64,000 nt of DNA, from NCBI GenBank assembly GCA_965238175.1, contig CBDEGZ010000003.1, positions 2,464,001 to 2,528,000 on the forward strand. The letters are read 5' to 3'. The translations under genes were made by a program, and so were the position numbers. Under the pieces are notes generated by a model. That model worked only from the letters and a program-made list of their open reading frames with translations, was not told the origin of the DNA and made no database searches. Shown piece by piece: positions 20,088-31,245 of this stretch. Position 1 is the stretch's first letter; every line of letters begins with the position of its first letter. This DNA comes from Gammaproteobacteria bacterium. GTDB taxonomy: Bacteria; Pseudomonadota; Gammaproteobacteria; CAJXQU01.

Positions 20088-20501
20088 TCAAGCATTACTT
20101 GTTAGCCGGATTCTCTCAGCGGGAATTCGCAATTGTTCGATTAAATAAACCTTAAACGATTCTTCGTAGGCCTGAAGGTTAACCGCTTTTTGCATGCACA
20201 AAATCCAGGCTTCTCTTTCGTCAATACCTACTGGTAAATGTTTATGTGCCATAGGAATATTTATACCACCAAAGTGTTGAGCATAGAGTTTTGGACCGCC
20301 GAGCCAGCCGGATAAAAAATACGACAACTTTTTTCTGGATTCTGTTAGATCATCGGAATGCATATTACGTATATTTTTTGCTTCTGGAAGTTTTTCCATA
20401 AAGTCGTAAAAAGCATTAACCAATTTTGTAATCCCTGTTATTTCTCCAGCAGCTTGATAGGAATTATCACCCTCACCATATGGTGCGATTTTTGAATTCA
20501 T
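20088..20501 (-). CDS. Group II truncated hemoglobin
   Basis: LVNAFYD, FLSGWLGGPKLY, MAH (proximal His), WILCMQKA. Confidence 0.88.
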   Translation of the reverse strand: MNSKIAPYGEGDNSYQAAGEITGITKLVNAFYDFMEKLPEAKNIRNMHSDDLTESRKKLSYFLSGWLGGPKLYAQHFGGINIPMAHKHLPVGIDEREAWILCMQKAVNLQAYEESFKVYLIEQLRIPAERIRLTSNA

Positions 20502-20602
20502 ATTCTCGATATTCTATTCCAATACACAATCACATCATAATACCCATCGTTTAGGCATTACGGTTTTTAAGTGCCAGGTGTATTAATCTCTGTTAGATAT
20601 TT

Positions 20603-21295
20603 TTAATCAGATTCAAACCAGTGATATACCACACCGGCCAAGATGGCGCCTAAAATTGGAGCGACCCAGAAAAGCCATAATTGTGATACTGCCCAATCTC
20701 CCTGGAATATTGCTACACCCGTACTCCTTGCTGGATTAACAGAGGTATTAGTAACTGGAATACTAATGAGATGAATAAGCGTCAAGCCAAAACCAATCCC
20801 AATGGGTGCGAACCCCTGTGGAGCACGCTTATCAGTTGCACCTAAAATAATGATCAAAAACATAAAGGTCATTACTATTTCAGTAACCAATGCTGCTGTC
20901 ATGCTATAACCACCTGGGGAATGCTCAGCATAACCATTTGAAGCAAAGCCAGCGGTAACATCAAACCCAGCTTGCCCAGAAGCAATGACATATAAAATCG
21001 CAGCACCAGCAAGACCGCCTAAAACTTGTGCAACAATATAAGGTCCAAGTTCAGCCGCTGAAAACCTCCCACCCGACCAGAGTCCAATAGAGACTGCAGG
21101 GTTTAAGTGACAACCCGAAATATGGCCAATCGCAAATGCCATGGTTAATACAGTTAAGCCAAAAGCTAAGGAAACGCCTAATAGTCCAATACCTACATCT
21201 GGAAATGCTGCCGCTAATACAGCGCTACCACAGCCTCCAAGTACAAGCCAAAATGTACCAATAAATTCCGCAACTAGTTTTTTTGTTAGTGACAT
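20603..21295 (-). CDS. aqpZ: Aquaporin Z
   Basis: [15 protein letters not shown]; two NPA motifs (HLNPAV, SVNPARS). Confidence 0.96.
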   Translation of the reverse strand: MSLTKKLVAEFIGTFWLVLGGCGSAVLAAAFPDVGIGLLGVSLAFGLTVLTMAFAIGHISGCHLNPAVSIGLWSGGRFSAAELGPYIVAQVLGGLAGAAILYVIASGQAGFDVTAGFASNGYAEHSPGGYSMTAALVTEIVMTFMFLIIILGATDKRAPQGFAPIGIGFGLTLIHLISIPVTNTSVNPARSTGVAIFQGDWAVSQLWLFWVAPILGAILAGVVYHWFESD

Positions 21296-21389
21296 TATTT
21301 ATACCTCAATTAATATGGGAAAGTTTTCTTACATATGTTACATCATGTTGAGATGTATGCGTTGTACTTATCTGTTTAACACGTTCTAT

Positions 21390-21854
21390 TTATTGAAGGA
21401 CGATCTCAATAATTTCTGTACTTATATTATCATCTGAAATTTCTATTTTAGCCAAAGTAATAGGTAACTTAAATCGTCGTGGACCAGCACTACCAGGGTT
21501 GAGGTATATAATTTCATCTTTATGTTCGATATCAGACTTGTGTGAATGTCCGGATATAATAATATCAAAACCAGCAGCAACCGGATCAATATCTAAATCG
21601 CGTAAATTGTGCAACATATAAATGAACTTTCCACCTATTTCAATCGCCTCACTGTCTGGAAAATCAGAAGCCCACTCATCTTTATCTATATTTCCTTTTA
21701 TTGCTGTAACGGGGGCTATAGATGATAATTTTTCTATTATTTCCAAACAACCAATATCACCTGCATGAAAAATCCGATCACAACCTTGTAATAGACTGAT
21801 TGCTTCAGGTCGAAGAAGAGAGTGAGTGTCAGAAATAATTCCAATATTTTTCAT
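21390..21854 (-). CDS. YfcE-like metallophosphoesterase
   Basis: ISDTH, HAGD, GNID, GHSH, NPGS. Confidence 0.9.
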   Translation of the reverse strand: MKNIGIISDTHSLLRPEAISLLQGCDRIFHAGDIGCLEIIEKLSSIAPVTAIKGNIDKDEWASDFPDSEAIEIGGKFIYMLHNLRDLDIDPVAAGFDIIISGHSHKSDIEHKDEIIYLNPGSAGPRRFKLPITLAKIEISDDNISTEIIEIVLQ

Positions 21855-21933
21855 GATCAGATCGTTAAATTATTATTTAAAAATGTTATTTTTTTGTTAT
21901 TCAGATCATCTAATATGCTAAAGCAAAAACATT

Positions 21934-22713
21934 TCAATTCATAAAGTCGCTAATTATTTTATAGTACTCAGCACTATTTGAGAGATTATTATGTCCCATT
22001 TGACTTATAATTTTCATTATCACTTGTCCATTTTCAAACTCATTTATTAGTCGCTGTGTGTGGCTCATCGGTATTATCTGATCAAACTCTGCAGCTAGCA
22101 CTAAAATTTTTGATTTAATATTTTTCACTCTTGAAAATGAATCATATTGATCTTTTAAAAGAAGTTTAATAGGGAATATAGCGAACTTATCTTTTGCTAT
22201 ATTTAGCACACTATCATACGGAGTTATAAGTACAGTACGTTCAATTGGTCTATTAGCTGCTAAATATGTCGCCACACCTGAGCCAAGACTTCTACCGGCT
22301 ACGTAAGTATTATTATGAAGTTCTTTGACTTGATCATATATTGTTAAGGCATCTGCATAGATTCCCGCTTCTGTCGGTTTACCACTACTTCCCCCGTAGC
22401 CTCTATAACAAACAAGATATATTGTTATATCTGAGAAATTAGATGAAAACTTATCTGCACTGGCAATAACATCTTCCCCATTACCCCCAAAGTAGATCAA
22501 AGAGTTTGTATGGCCTTTATTTAATATTATAACTTCTATTGTTTCGCCGTGACTTGAAATACTAATCTTTTCAAAAAAGTGTTGGTGATTTTTAGTCGGG
22601 AAGTACAAAAAGTTACGTTGAAATACATAAAGTAATATTATTGTGCATATATAACAAAATAGTATTATAAGTGTCAGATTTAAAATTATTTTCATATCAT
22701 GAATAATACACAA
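21934..22713 (-). CDS. Membrane-anchored alpha/beta hydrolase (ABHD13-like)
   Basis: N-terminal TM, YFGGNGE, YRGYG.S.G.PTE, GRSLG nucleophile elbow, GHN. Confidence 0.88.
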   Translation of the reverse strand: MCIIHDMKIILNLTLIILFCYICTIILLYVFQRNFLYFPTKNHQHFFEKISISSHGETIEVIILNKGHTNSLIYFGGNGEDVIASADKFSSNFSDITIYLVCYRGYGGSSGKPTEAGIYADALTIYDQVKELHNNTYVAGRSLGSGVATYLAANRPIERTVLITPYDSVLNIAKDKFAIFPIKLLLKDQYDSFSRVKNIKSKILVLAAEFDQIIPMSHTQRLINEFENGQVIMKIISQMGHNNLSNSAEYYKIISDFMN

Positions 22714-22829
22714 GAAAATGTTCAGATAATATCTTCATAGTGCTTCAGCAAAAACAAGTAATACGATACATATACTTAAAGTATTAAGTTATTTAGACTC
22801 TACGGATTATTTCCAATATAGTCGAGCGC

Positions 22830-23957
22830 ATGAAATTCATAACACATTTTATTTTAATCATACTGGTAACAGCCTGCACTATGGATACAGAAAATACAGA
22901 TGGGATTACTTATGATGAAGAAATCACCACTCTAAATTATCAAGATATTAGCTTCAGTATATTAAATACAGAGAGTTTGACAGCCTTTCCTCTTAACACA
23001 GATGAAGATACACAATGGGATGCGAAAGATGATTTCTTTGATCAAATGAGAGAACTGATTAAGCCATTACAGAGAAAAGATCTACTGAAAGTGGATATTT
23101 ATTTCAAAAGACCAAAAAACCATCAACTTTACGAACCCAACATTGGTATCTTTTATTTTAAAGGTAAAACGATTATCCCGATTTTATTTCAAGATTCTCA
23201 TTCTTGGACTACCTGGTATAACGAAATGACAGAAGGTTATGATGACATGGTGCTTTCAACTATTAGTGAAAGTAGTATGAGCGGTACTGCCATTCGAGGT
23301 TTTAACAATGGTGACCCATACCAAAATACAGGTAGTTGGATTGTAAGTGGTGCCCCTAAAGATTATTTTAAAGAGGAGCTAACTAAAGAAAAGGAAGTCT
23401 ATCTTAAAAAATATATCAACATCAATTCTGCCAGTTTTGACAAAAAGGCATTACAAAAAACGTTTCTGGAACTGATAACAAAAAATAAATTTCAAATAAC
23501 ACCAAGTTCTAACAATGAACAAATTTATAAAAAATTTGAAACGCTGACAAACTATGCCTTTCCAGAAGAATTAAAAACCATTTATGAGCACAGCAATGGT
23601 CTTCAAAAGTTTGTCAATCATACTGAGTTTTTATCAGCACAGATGGTATTGCAAGAATGGATAAACTGGAGCGACATATATACTGACTGGACTCTAGAAG
23701 ATCTTACTGGCAATAATCAATCCGACAGTGGAAAAACATTAGGGCTTTATACAACACCCTATTGGGTACCTTTTATACACGACGGCGCAGGAAATTTTCT
23801 GGCCATAGATTACCTACCAGGAAGCCAAGGAACTTCAGGACAAATTATTGCTTTCGGTGCTGATGAAAATAAAATTCGTTTTATTGCCCCAAATATGCAG
23901 AACTTTATACAGCAATTGTTGGACGATAAAAACGCACTAAATAATGGTTTTAACTAA
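22830..23957 (+). CDS. Lipoprotein with C-terminal SMI1/KNR4 (SUKH) domain
   Basis: Lipobox LVTAC; FPEELK.IY..SNG, WVPF.HDGAGNFLAIDY.PG..G..GQII.FG. Confidence 0.8.
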   Translation: MKFITHFILIILVTACTMDTENTDGITYDEEITTLNYQDISFSILNTESLTAFPLNTDEDTQWDAKDDFFDQMRELIKPLQRKDLLKVDIYFKRPKNHQLYEPNIGIFYFKGKTIIPILFQDSHSWTTWYNEMTEGYDDMVLSTISESSMSGTAIRGFNNGDPYQNTGSWIVSGAPKDYFKEELTKEKEVYLKKYININSASFDKKALQKTFLELITKNKFQITPSSNNEQIYKKFETLTNYAFPEELKTIYEHSNGLQKFVNHTEFLSAQMVLQEWINWSDIYTDWTLEDLTGNNQSDSGKTLGLYTTPYWVPFIHDGAGNFLAIDYLPGSQGTSGQIIAFGADENKIRFIAPNMQNFIQQLLDDKNALNNGFN

Positions 23958-24237
23958 ATATCATGAAAAAAAGCAGCACTTCAATATCATGATAAATCCT
24001 AATAAAATAATTTGGTTCTGGTTTTGGAGGAATTCTTTTAAGCTTTTGTCATTACAGTTTAGTTAGCGATCTTTTATTTACGTATTAAATATATACTTCT
24101 CTTGAGCATAGTTTATCAGAACTGCTTTAGTAGGCCACGACACGATTAAATGTTAGCTTGAACATTGGAGAATACCATCCCAAAACTCTTTAAGTCCTTT
24201 TTAGACTATTGGAATAAAATGAGAGTACACACACAGA

Positions 24238-25905
24238 TCAAAAAATATAGTTGCAGTGCTGCTGAATGTCTTTTAGCGCTGTTTGTGCAACTTCGTGTTC
24301 AACCAGTTGAAGTTGGTGATCAATAATGGTGAGAAGATCTTGCTGTTTGGTTAGCGGGTTTGCAAGAATGATCCGGAAATAAATGATCTCGGTATTGCTA
24401 TATTTCGCTAAACCAACACGTGTTCTGGAGACGAAAGATTTCCCTTCTGATCGCTGCGCCTTCTGAATATTCTTATTTATATAGTCTAACTTTTCATTAA
24501 TCCAGGTCATCGTTTCATGATTAGATTTTTCTAAGCATTCCTGTATCCATTCAGGTGCATAGCGATAACCCATAATATTAAGCTCTGGATGAATGAGAAG
24601 TTCAAAGTCATCATGTTGATCAATAATTTCAGCAAAGTAATGGGCTTTTTCGATACCTTGATCAATCAGCAATTCATAGCCTTTTCTACCGATAATATTT
24701 AGTCCAGCATGCACTAACAAGGCCATTCCCGGACGAGAACCTTCCAAACTTTGTTGTCCTAAATCGCGTGAACCTCGACGAATAATATATTCTGCATGTA
24801 GTTGGATACTTTGCATGGATTTTGGATCTTTGAACAATACCATGCCCGCCCCCATGGGGACATAAAATTGTTTATGCGCATCAATAGTCACAGAATCTGC
24901 TTGCTCAATTCCTTTAAGTAAATGCTTATGTTTTTCTGAAAACAATGTTGGACCACCCCAAGCGGCATCAACATGAAAATGGCATTTCAACTCTTTGCTT
25001 AAAGCTGCAATTTCATCAAGCGAATCAACACTGCCAGTTTCCGTCGTTCCCGCAATACCGACCAAGCTTAAAATTTTATATCCTTTCGCTTGTAACTCTA
25101 TGGCCTTCTCACGCATTGCCTGGATATTTACTTTATGATTGCTGTTCGTTTCGATCATAATCATGTTATCCCGACCCAGGCCTAAAACATCCATTGCTTT
25201 TAATAATGAATAATGACCACGACAGGAAACCAAAACAACAAGGCCTTTTACATCAGCATCTTGCATTGCTGCATAAAGACCACATTTCGAAATCATATTT
25301 CCATCAAGAATATTATTTCGCGCCACCCATAATGCGGTGATATTTGCGACCGTACCGCCTGAACAAAAGGCCCCTAAGGCATGATCAAAATTGTGCAGCC
25401 ATTGCTTATAAAAAGATTTTTTTTGTTGGTAAACCAGGCCATGTAGCATTCCTAAAACTTGTCTTTCCATTGGCGTGAACGCTTTCGATGTTTCGACCTT
25501 CACCATATTTTGATTTAGCGCAGTGATGATTTTTGACAACGGCAGCATAAAATAAGGCAATGCTGATGACATATGGCCGATAAATCTCGGTGCCGAGATA
25601 TGAACAGATTGAGCAACCAGGTTTTTAAGTATGAAATCTGTATAAGCAGAAACGAAAAATGGACGATCAGTTATTTCTACAGATGAAAAGTCTGCTTCAA
25701 TTTCTTCCATCGGTTTTTCTTCTGCGACAATGTGTTCTCGCAAGAAACCATCAAGGTTCGTCGATATTTCTTTTTCGATACGTGCTAATGTTGCACCGCT
25801 AGATTCAGGGATGGTGAAAATACGATCGAGATTTTGCTGATTAACTTCAGCGCGTTCTTCGCTATTAGAGATAAGTGATTCTTTTATGGGTGACGATTCA
25901 GACAA
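24238..25905 (-). CDS. panP: PLP-dependent aspartate 1-decarboxylase (PanP, group II decarboxylase)
   Basis: FIGHMSSALPYFM, LNQN.VK.ETSKAFT, FCSGGTVANITALW, HVDAAWGG, DAHKQ, LEGSRPGMA. Confidence 0.85.
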   Translation of the reverse strand: MSESSPIKESLISNSEERAEVNQQNLDRIFTIPESSGATLARIEKEISTNLDGFLREHIVAEEKPMEEIEADFSSVEITDRPFFVSAYTDFILKNLVAQSVHISAPRFIGHMSSALPYFMLPLSKIITALNQNMVKVETSKAFTPMERQVLGMLHGLVYQQKKSFYKQWLHNFDHALGAFCSGGTVANITALWVARNNILDGNMISKCGLYAAMQDADVKGLVVLVSCRGHYSLLKAMDVLGLGRDNMIMIETNSNHKVNIQAMREKAIELQAKGYKILSLVGIAGTTETGSVDSLDEIAALSKELKCHFHVDAAWGGPTLFSEKHKHLLKGIEQADSVTIDAHKQFYVPMGAGMVLFKDPKSMQSIQLHAEYIIRRGSRDLGQQSLEGSRPGMALLVHAGLNIIGRKGYELLIDQGIEKAHYFAEIIDQHDDFELLIHPELNIMGYRYAPEWIQECLEKSNHETMTWINEKLDYINKNIQKAQRSEGKSFVSRTRVGLAKYSNTEIIYFRIILANPLTKQQDLLTIIDHQLQLVEHEVAQTALKDIQQHCNYIF

Positions 25906-25910
25906 GCAGA

Positions 25911-26669
25911 TTATTCCTTTAATTTAAGTTTTAATCGACCTTCCTGGATTTCCAAATATTCAACGCCGGCGGCAAAGCTTTTCCAGAAACCTTGATCGTT
26001 TCCAAATTCTTTTACCAGGTCAATATTTTTTAATCCACCGAGCCAGGCATTAGGAACTGGAACGCCCATTATGCTGATCCCTCTAAGTATGACAATCGGC
26101 TGCTCATTTTCAAATGCCAATTTCATTCCTGCACGAACACGTAAAGTTTTACCTGCAAAGAAGGGGAAATCCTCATCAATTGGAACTAGCACTTTTGCAC
26201 TGACCAGATCATCGGCTAAATCGATGGCTATTTTCCTGGCGAGTTCGGTATTACTTGCTAACAATGAATTCAATTCTTTTTCGGTAAAGTTGACCTCACG
26301 ACTGGCGCCCTCCTCGCTATAGACTTCCGGTGTCACATCATTAGGATCCTCAGCTTTTTCCTCGTGTGAATTTTCACGGATCTCGAGATCAATATTATCT
26401 ATCTCTCTACCATTCAGCTCCAGGTTTTCAAACCGTTGTAATTTTTGTTCAAGAACCTTTTCTTCTTTTTGACTCAACACGGTTGGTGAAAATTCTGATG
26501 GGAAGATATATTTTTTCAATACAAAAAATGTCAGTGCAACGGCAATAATAATCCCAATTAGAAGCATGAAAAAAACCTGAAGACAACCAAAACGTTTTTT
26601 CGGCTCACGATTGACAGTGGGTTCTACCGATGCAATATTTTCTGTATTATTTTCCATTACCAATAGCAA
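25911..26669 (-). CDS. Conserved membrane-anchored hypothetical protein
   Basis: Long ORF with a single N-terminal TM (after KKRFGC) and GVPVPNAWLGGLKNIDLV; ends 5 nt before panP. Confidence 0.75.
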   Translation of the reverse strand: MLLVMENNTENIASVEPTVNREPKKRFGCLQVFFMLLIGIIIAVALTFFVLKKYIFPSEFSPTVLSQKEEKVLEQKLQRFENLELNGREIDNIDLEIRENSHEEKAEDPNDVTPEVYSEEGASREVNFTEKELNSLLASNTELARKIAIDLADDLVSAKVLVPIDEDFPFFAGKTLRVRAGMKLAFENEQPIVILRGISIMGVPVPNAWLGGLKNIDLVKEFGNDQGFWKSFAAGVEYLEIQEGRLKLKLKE

Positions 26670-26690
26670 TCAGTTGTTAGATTTTGTGCA

Positions 26691-28187
26691 TTATAAGTGA
26701 TTTCGCTGACGTTTGTTGGCCGTTCCAGATCGTACAATGGACTTGAGTTTTGGTTTTATAAAGTCCAATACACCTTTTTGTCCTGATCGTAAATAATCTT
26801 GCTCTAATGAATATCGCACAAGGCTTGGTGAAATATCCAAGGTTTCAGTAAGTACTGTATATAATAAATTGAATAGTCGTTTAAGAGAAATTTTCCAAGT
26901 GCTGTCCGCATTTTCATACAAAGCGTCACTTACTTGTAAGAAACGATGAAAGGGATCATTTTCAAGTATAATCACTAACGTTTCTGGAAAACGACCAGCG
27001 TTAGCGATCATATCCCAGAATCGAGCAAAACGATTAACACGCTGCATGGTCTCAAAATCAATGTCACGCGTACTCAAAATATTATAAGGGGCTTTAGGAT
27101 TATAGCGAAGTTGGTATTCGTCACTATGGCGATTAATTGGTGCACCACGTAATCGTTTCAAAATACCCAGTTGAATTTCTTGTGGTTTTAACTCAACCAG
27201 TTGGTTAAAACTTTTTGCAAAATTATCCAATGTGTCTTGTGGTAATCCGAAGATCAAATCCGCATGAATATGAACACCGGTATTTTCACGTAACCATTTT
27301 AGATTCTTAGCTGTTTTCTGATTGTTTTGTTTACGACTGATCAATGTTTGAATTTCTGGATCAAAGGTCTGAACACCAATTTCAAACTGTAACGAATTCA
27401 CCGGAAACAGTTTGATCGTTTGTTTTAACTTTTCCGGTAAATTATCTGGAATAACTTCGAAATGTAGATACAAATCATCTGTCATTCGTTCAAGAAAAAA
27501 CTCTAATATTTTCACGCTACTGCTAACTTTCAAATTAAAGGTCCGATCAATAAATTTGAAATTACGTGCTCCCCTTTTGTACAGTTGTTCCATTTCCATC
27601 AAAAATTGATCAAGTTCAAAAGGTTTGGCTGTTTTATCCAGAGATGACAAACAAAACTCACATTTAAACGGACACCCACGCGAGGCTTCTACATATAACA
27701 GACGATTGCGAATATCTTCTTCGGTGTAAAATTCATACGGAAGCTTCAGATCATTTAAAGCTAGTTCCTGTCCCTTAATGATTTTCTCACTTGGATTTGG
27801 GTCAGATAATATTTGCTTACAAAGTGCAGGGAAACTCACCTCGCCATAACCGGTGATCACATAGTCAACAGAATCTACAAATACGGGTAGATCCGGTGGA
27901 TGGCTAACTTCAGGACCACCGACAATAAGCTTAATGTCAGGATCAATCTGTTTGATCAATAAAACCGTTTCAGCAATTTCCGTAACATTCCAGATATAAA
28001 CACTAAAACCAATTATCTTTGGTTTCTGACGTAATAGTTTCTCAGCTATCTCTATCGGGCGTTCTTGAATAGTAAACTCAATAAGCTCGGTTCGTGATTG
28101 CAAAACGTCCATATTTGCGTACAGATAACGCAAGCCAAAGGCACTATGCATGTAACGCGCATTTAAGGTTGTGAGGATAATATCCAA
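26691..28187 (-). CDS. Cobalamin-binding radical SAM protein (DUF4080-type)
   Basis: GFSVYIWN and VGGPEVS (B12-binding domain), CPFKCEFC (CxxxCxxC), FIDRTFN. Confidence 0.9.
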   Translation of the reverse strand: MDIILTTLNARYMHSAFGLRYLYANMDVLQSRTELIEFTIQERPIEIAEKLLRQKPKIIGFSVYIWNVTEIAETVLLIKQIDPDIKLIVGGPEVSHPPDLPVFVDSVDYVITGYGEVSFPALCKQILSDPNPSEKIIKGQELALNDLKLPYEFYTEEDIRNRLLYVEASRGCPFKCEFCLSSLDKTAKPFELDQFLMEMEQLYKRGARNFKFIDRTFNLKVSSSVKILEFFLERMTDDLYLHFEVIPDNLPEKLKQTIKLFPVNSLQFEIGVQTFDPEIQTLISRKQNNQKTAKNLKWLRENTGVHIHADLIFGLPQDTLDNFAKSFNQLVELKPQEIQLGILKRLRGAPINRHSDEYQLRYNPKAPYNILSTRDIDFETMQRVNRFARFWDMIANAGRFPETLVIILENDPFHRFLQVSDALYENADSTWKISLKRLFNLLYTVLTETLDISPSLVRYSLEQDYLRSGQKGVLDFIKPKLKSIVRSGTANKRQRNHL

Positions 28188-28234
28188 GCGTTGGCTTTAA
28201 GTGATTTTATTGAGCTTATATATTAAAATTTGAA

Positions 28235-28579
28235 TTATCTTAACTCCAATAATTCGACCTCAAAAATCAAGGTTGCATTGGCTGGAATAACACCACCAGC
28301 TCCACTAGCACCATAACCAAGATCAGAAGGAATAGTGAGCTTGCGTGTTCCACCTGTTTGCATACCGGCAACGCCTTCATCCCAGCCTTTGATAACACGT
28401 CCACCACCTAATGGAAAATCGAAAGGCATATCTCGTTCCTTACTGGAGTCAAACTTTGTTCCATCTTCCAGCCACCCTGTGTAATGTACGACTACAGTTT
28501 GCCCTATTGTTGCCGTATCCCCTTCCCCAACCGTTAAGTCTTCGTATTTCAAACCTGATTCTGTTGTTATTTCTGACAT
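28235..28579 (-). CDS. FKBP-type peptidyl-prolyl isomerase
   Basis: [39 protein letters not shown]. Confidence 0.95.
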   Translation of the reverse strand: MSEITTESGLKYEDLTVGEGDTATIGQTVVVHYTGWLEDGTKFDSSKERDMPFDFPLGGGRVIKGWDEGVAGMQTGGTRKLTIPSDLGYGASGAGGVIPANATLIFEVELLELR

Positions 28580-28683
28580 AATTAGTTTCCTATTGTAGAT
28601 ATTTTGTTTAATCGAAACATTCTATAATATAACGACAAAAATATAACACGAAATTATTATCAACAAAGAGTTTTAAAGTACTA

Positions 28684-29667
28684 ATGAATGCAGAGATGCC
28701 CCAAATTAACAGTATTGAAAATATCGTCGTCGCAGCGATGTATAAGTTTGTTCAACTTCCTGATTATAAGGAGCTACGCAAACCTTTATATGAACATATG
28801 CTGTCACATGATATCAAAGGGACCTTGTTACTGGCTGAAGAAGGCATTAATGGAACAGTGGCTGGCAACCGAGAGGCAATCGATAGTCTGATGGATTATC
28901 TTAGTCTTGATCAGCGATTTGCAGGTATCTCAGCCAAACAATCACTTACTGCAGAGGCTCCTTTTTTACGCACTAAAGTGAAATTGAAAAAAGAAATTGT
29001 CACGATGGGTGTTCCAGGAATTGATCCGACTGAATTGAACGGCCAACGTGTTGATCCAAAAGACTGGAATAATCTTATTTCTGATCCTGACATTATTCTG
29101 GTTGATACCCGAAATAAATATGAAGTAGGCATTGGGACGTTTAAAAATGCCGTTTCACCTAACACAGAAACATTTCGAGAATTCCCCAATTATGTAGAAA
29201 AAAATCTCGATCCTGAAAAACATAAAAAAGTCGCCATGTTTTGTACCGGCGGTATTCGTTGTGAGAAGTCAACCAACTATCTTTTAAGCCAAGGTTTTGA
29301 TCAGGTATATCATCTCAATGGAGGCATACTGAAGTACCTTGAAGAAGTGTCCGAAGAAGATAGTCTCTGGGAAGGTGAATGTTTTGTTTTTGATGGACGC
29401 GTGTCGGTTGATCATAATTTAGAAGAAGGTATGTATGAACAATGCTTTGCCTGCCGGCGACCACTGTCTGATCAAGATCGATTGTCGGATGAATATCAAG
29501 AAGGAATTTCTTGCTCTTTTTGTTTTGACAATATGAGCGATGAACGACGTGAACGTTTCGCAGAGCGACAGCGACAGATCGAATTTTCAAAAGAACGCAA
29601 TGAAAAACATATCGGTGTAAAACTTGAGGTCAGAAAAAAACAAAAGATCGAGAGAGGTAACACATGA
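28684..29667 (+). CDS. trhO: tRNA uridine(34) hydroxylase TrhO (rhodanese-related, YceA family)
   Basis: [42 protein letters not shown]. Confidence 0.92.
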   Translation: MNAEMPQINSIENIVVAAMYKFVQLPDYKELRKPLYEHMLSHDIKGTLLLAEEGINGTVAGNREAIDSLMDYLSLDQRFAGISAKQSLTAEAPFLRTKVKLKKEIVTMGVPGIDPTELNGQRVDPKDWNNLISDPDIILVDTRNKYEVGIGTFKNAVSPNTETFREFPNYVEKNLDPEKHKKVAMFCTGGIRCEKSTNYLLSQGFDQVYHLNGGILKYLEEVSEEDSLWEGECFVFDGRVSVDHNLEEGMYEQCFACRRPLSDQDRLSDEYQEGISCSFCFDNMSDERRERFAERQRQIEFSKERNEKHIGVKLEVRKKQKIERGNT

Positions 29668-29875
29668 ATACATTCTCAATAAAAAGATCTCTTTTGATTA
29701 TTTTTATGCTGATCATTTAACGGTTTTAACATTAACCGTTCATTTCAAAATAGGCCCTTTATCGCTGGGCTTATACGGCTCTATTAACACAAACGAAAAT
29801 GTTGCAATTCATGATTATGATCTAACAAGTTATTTCATTTCAAACTCTGCAAAGAAAGATGAATACTTATTGTAG
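29664..29875 (+). pseudogene. 5' half of a decayed YHS-domain (seleno)protein-family gene
   Basis: ATG overlaps the trhO stop and begins a signal-peptide-like stretch cut by TAA. Further on is INTNENVAIHDYDLTSYF..SAKK, close to the family motif AI.GYDPV.YF...A.KG. Confidence 0.6.
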
Positions 29876-30062
29876 AAGATGAATCTATTTTATTTGCAAA
29901 TTATTTAGATCGCTTTAAGCCTTTTTGAGGCTCTTAGCAGATTCCATATCATAAAATTATTGAGCAAGTATCATATTACTGTTTATTTCGTAATGTTTGG
30001 AGTTCTTCATGTTACGTTATTAAAATAAGTTTGAAACTTTATATCTCCCTGAAAATAATTTC

Positions 30063-31241
30063 TTAACTTTGCTTAAACATCGAAGCTTTCTCATCAATAA
30101 AAATATTTTCTTTTCTAGTCTCAAACAATCTTGAACTCAAAAATTGATGAAAGTCAGATACGACACGTTCCATCTCGACTAACTTACCACCTGCTCCACA
30201 TTGAGAATACATACCTTTTTGAACTCTCTCACAGATCATTTTATCTTCTGCAAAAAATGACTCGACGAAATCCTTTGTGGCTTTATCTGAATTTATATGG
30301 TCTGTTTCCGCAATACTGGCTGAGCGGATCAAACTTGTTTCCTTATTTATTGGCATAACTTGTAACCAGTCGAAGGAATCACAGGTCATAATTCCCACAA
30401 ATGATGGAGGTAAGGAAACGAGAAGATAATGGTTATAAACTTCGGGATAATCACCTTTTAACCACTTCACTACTTTACTTGTGGTGCCTATAGCATGATC
30501 TGACATTAAGCCTGCGGTCAAAGTCCACTCTGATGATCCTGCAACATAAAAGGCTCGCTTGGTTGGTGTCATCGTTTCTAGTGTACTTTTATGCACTCTG
30601 AACAAGTGATAGCTCTCCATCGCATTTTCCATAGCCAGCTTCCAGTTTGCTTGCCATACTTCAACGTTTCCTGACGTGGCTGATTGAAATCGCTGAGACT
30701 CGAACACCGCCATGTAATCTTCCAACCCTTCTAAACGATCTTTAAGTGGCGTAGGGTTTTCAGATAGATTAATAAATAACAACCCCATAAAGCTTTGCAG
30801 GTTGAATTCAGGTAAGCAGTGTTCCTTCTTTTCTATTTTGATCTCACCTGGGAATGGAACACCTTTTGATGCGCCTTGATCATCATATGACCAGGCATGA
30901 TATGGGCAGCTCATTACCTTATTTATTTTTCCAAAACCTTGATCCAGTATTGGCGTACCACGATGTCGACAGTTATTTGATAATGCTCGGAAGACACCAT
31001 CTTTCCCATGAATGATCGAGATGGATTCACCAACCAGATCAAATGCGTAATAATCACCCTTTTCTTTTATTTCCTGTTCACAGCATATAAAAACCCATTC
31101 ATTACGAAAGATAGATTGTGCTTCAAGATCAAAAACTTCCTGATCGTGATATATGGCAAATGGTAACGATTTAGCATCTTCAATAGGAGCTGCGGCGAGT
31201 TGCTTGTATTTATCCATTAATTGGTTCATTAACTTATTCAT
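30063..31241 (-). CDS. Rieske non-heme iron oxygenase alpha subunit (choline monooxygenase / CntA-like)
   Basis: CRHRG...CPYHAW Rieske motif; NWKL.MENAMESYH...VH and EDKMICE iron ligands. Confidence 0.9.
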   Translation of the reverse strand: MNKLMNQLMDKYKQLAAAPIEDAKSLPFAIYHDQEVFDLEAQSIFRNEWVFICCEQEIKEKGDYYAFDLVGESISIIHGKDGVFRALSNNCRHRGTPILDQGFGKINKVMSCPYHAWSYDDQGASKGVPFPGEIKIEKKEHCLPEFNLQSFMGLLFINLSENPTPLKDRLEGLEDYMAVFESQRFQSATSGNVEVWQANWKLAMENAMESYHLFRVHKSTLETMTPTKRAFYVAGSSEWTLTAGLMSDHAIGTTSKVVKWLKGDYPEVYNHYLLVSLPPSFVGIMTCDSFDWLQVMPINKETSLIRSASIAETDHINSDKATKDFVESFFAEDKMICERVQKGMYSQCGAGGKLVEMERVVSDFHQFLSSRLFETRKENIFIDEKASMFKQS

Positions 31242-31245
31242 TTTT

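Noticed and set aside
19340-24230. Possible integron cassette array (run of small AT-rich genes)
   Set aside because: Only scattered GTTRRRY/RYYYAAC-like words; no paired attC hairpins, mixed gene orientation and no integron integrase.
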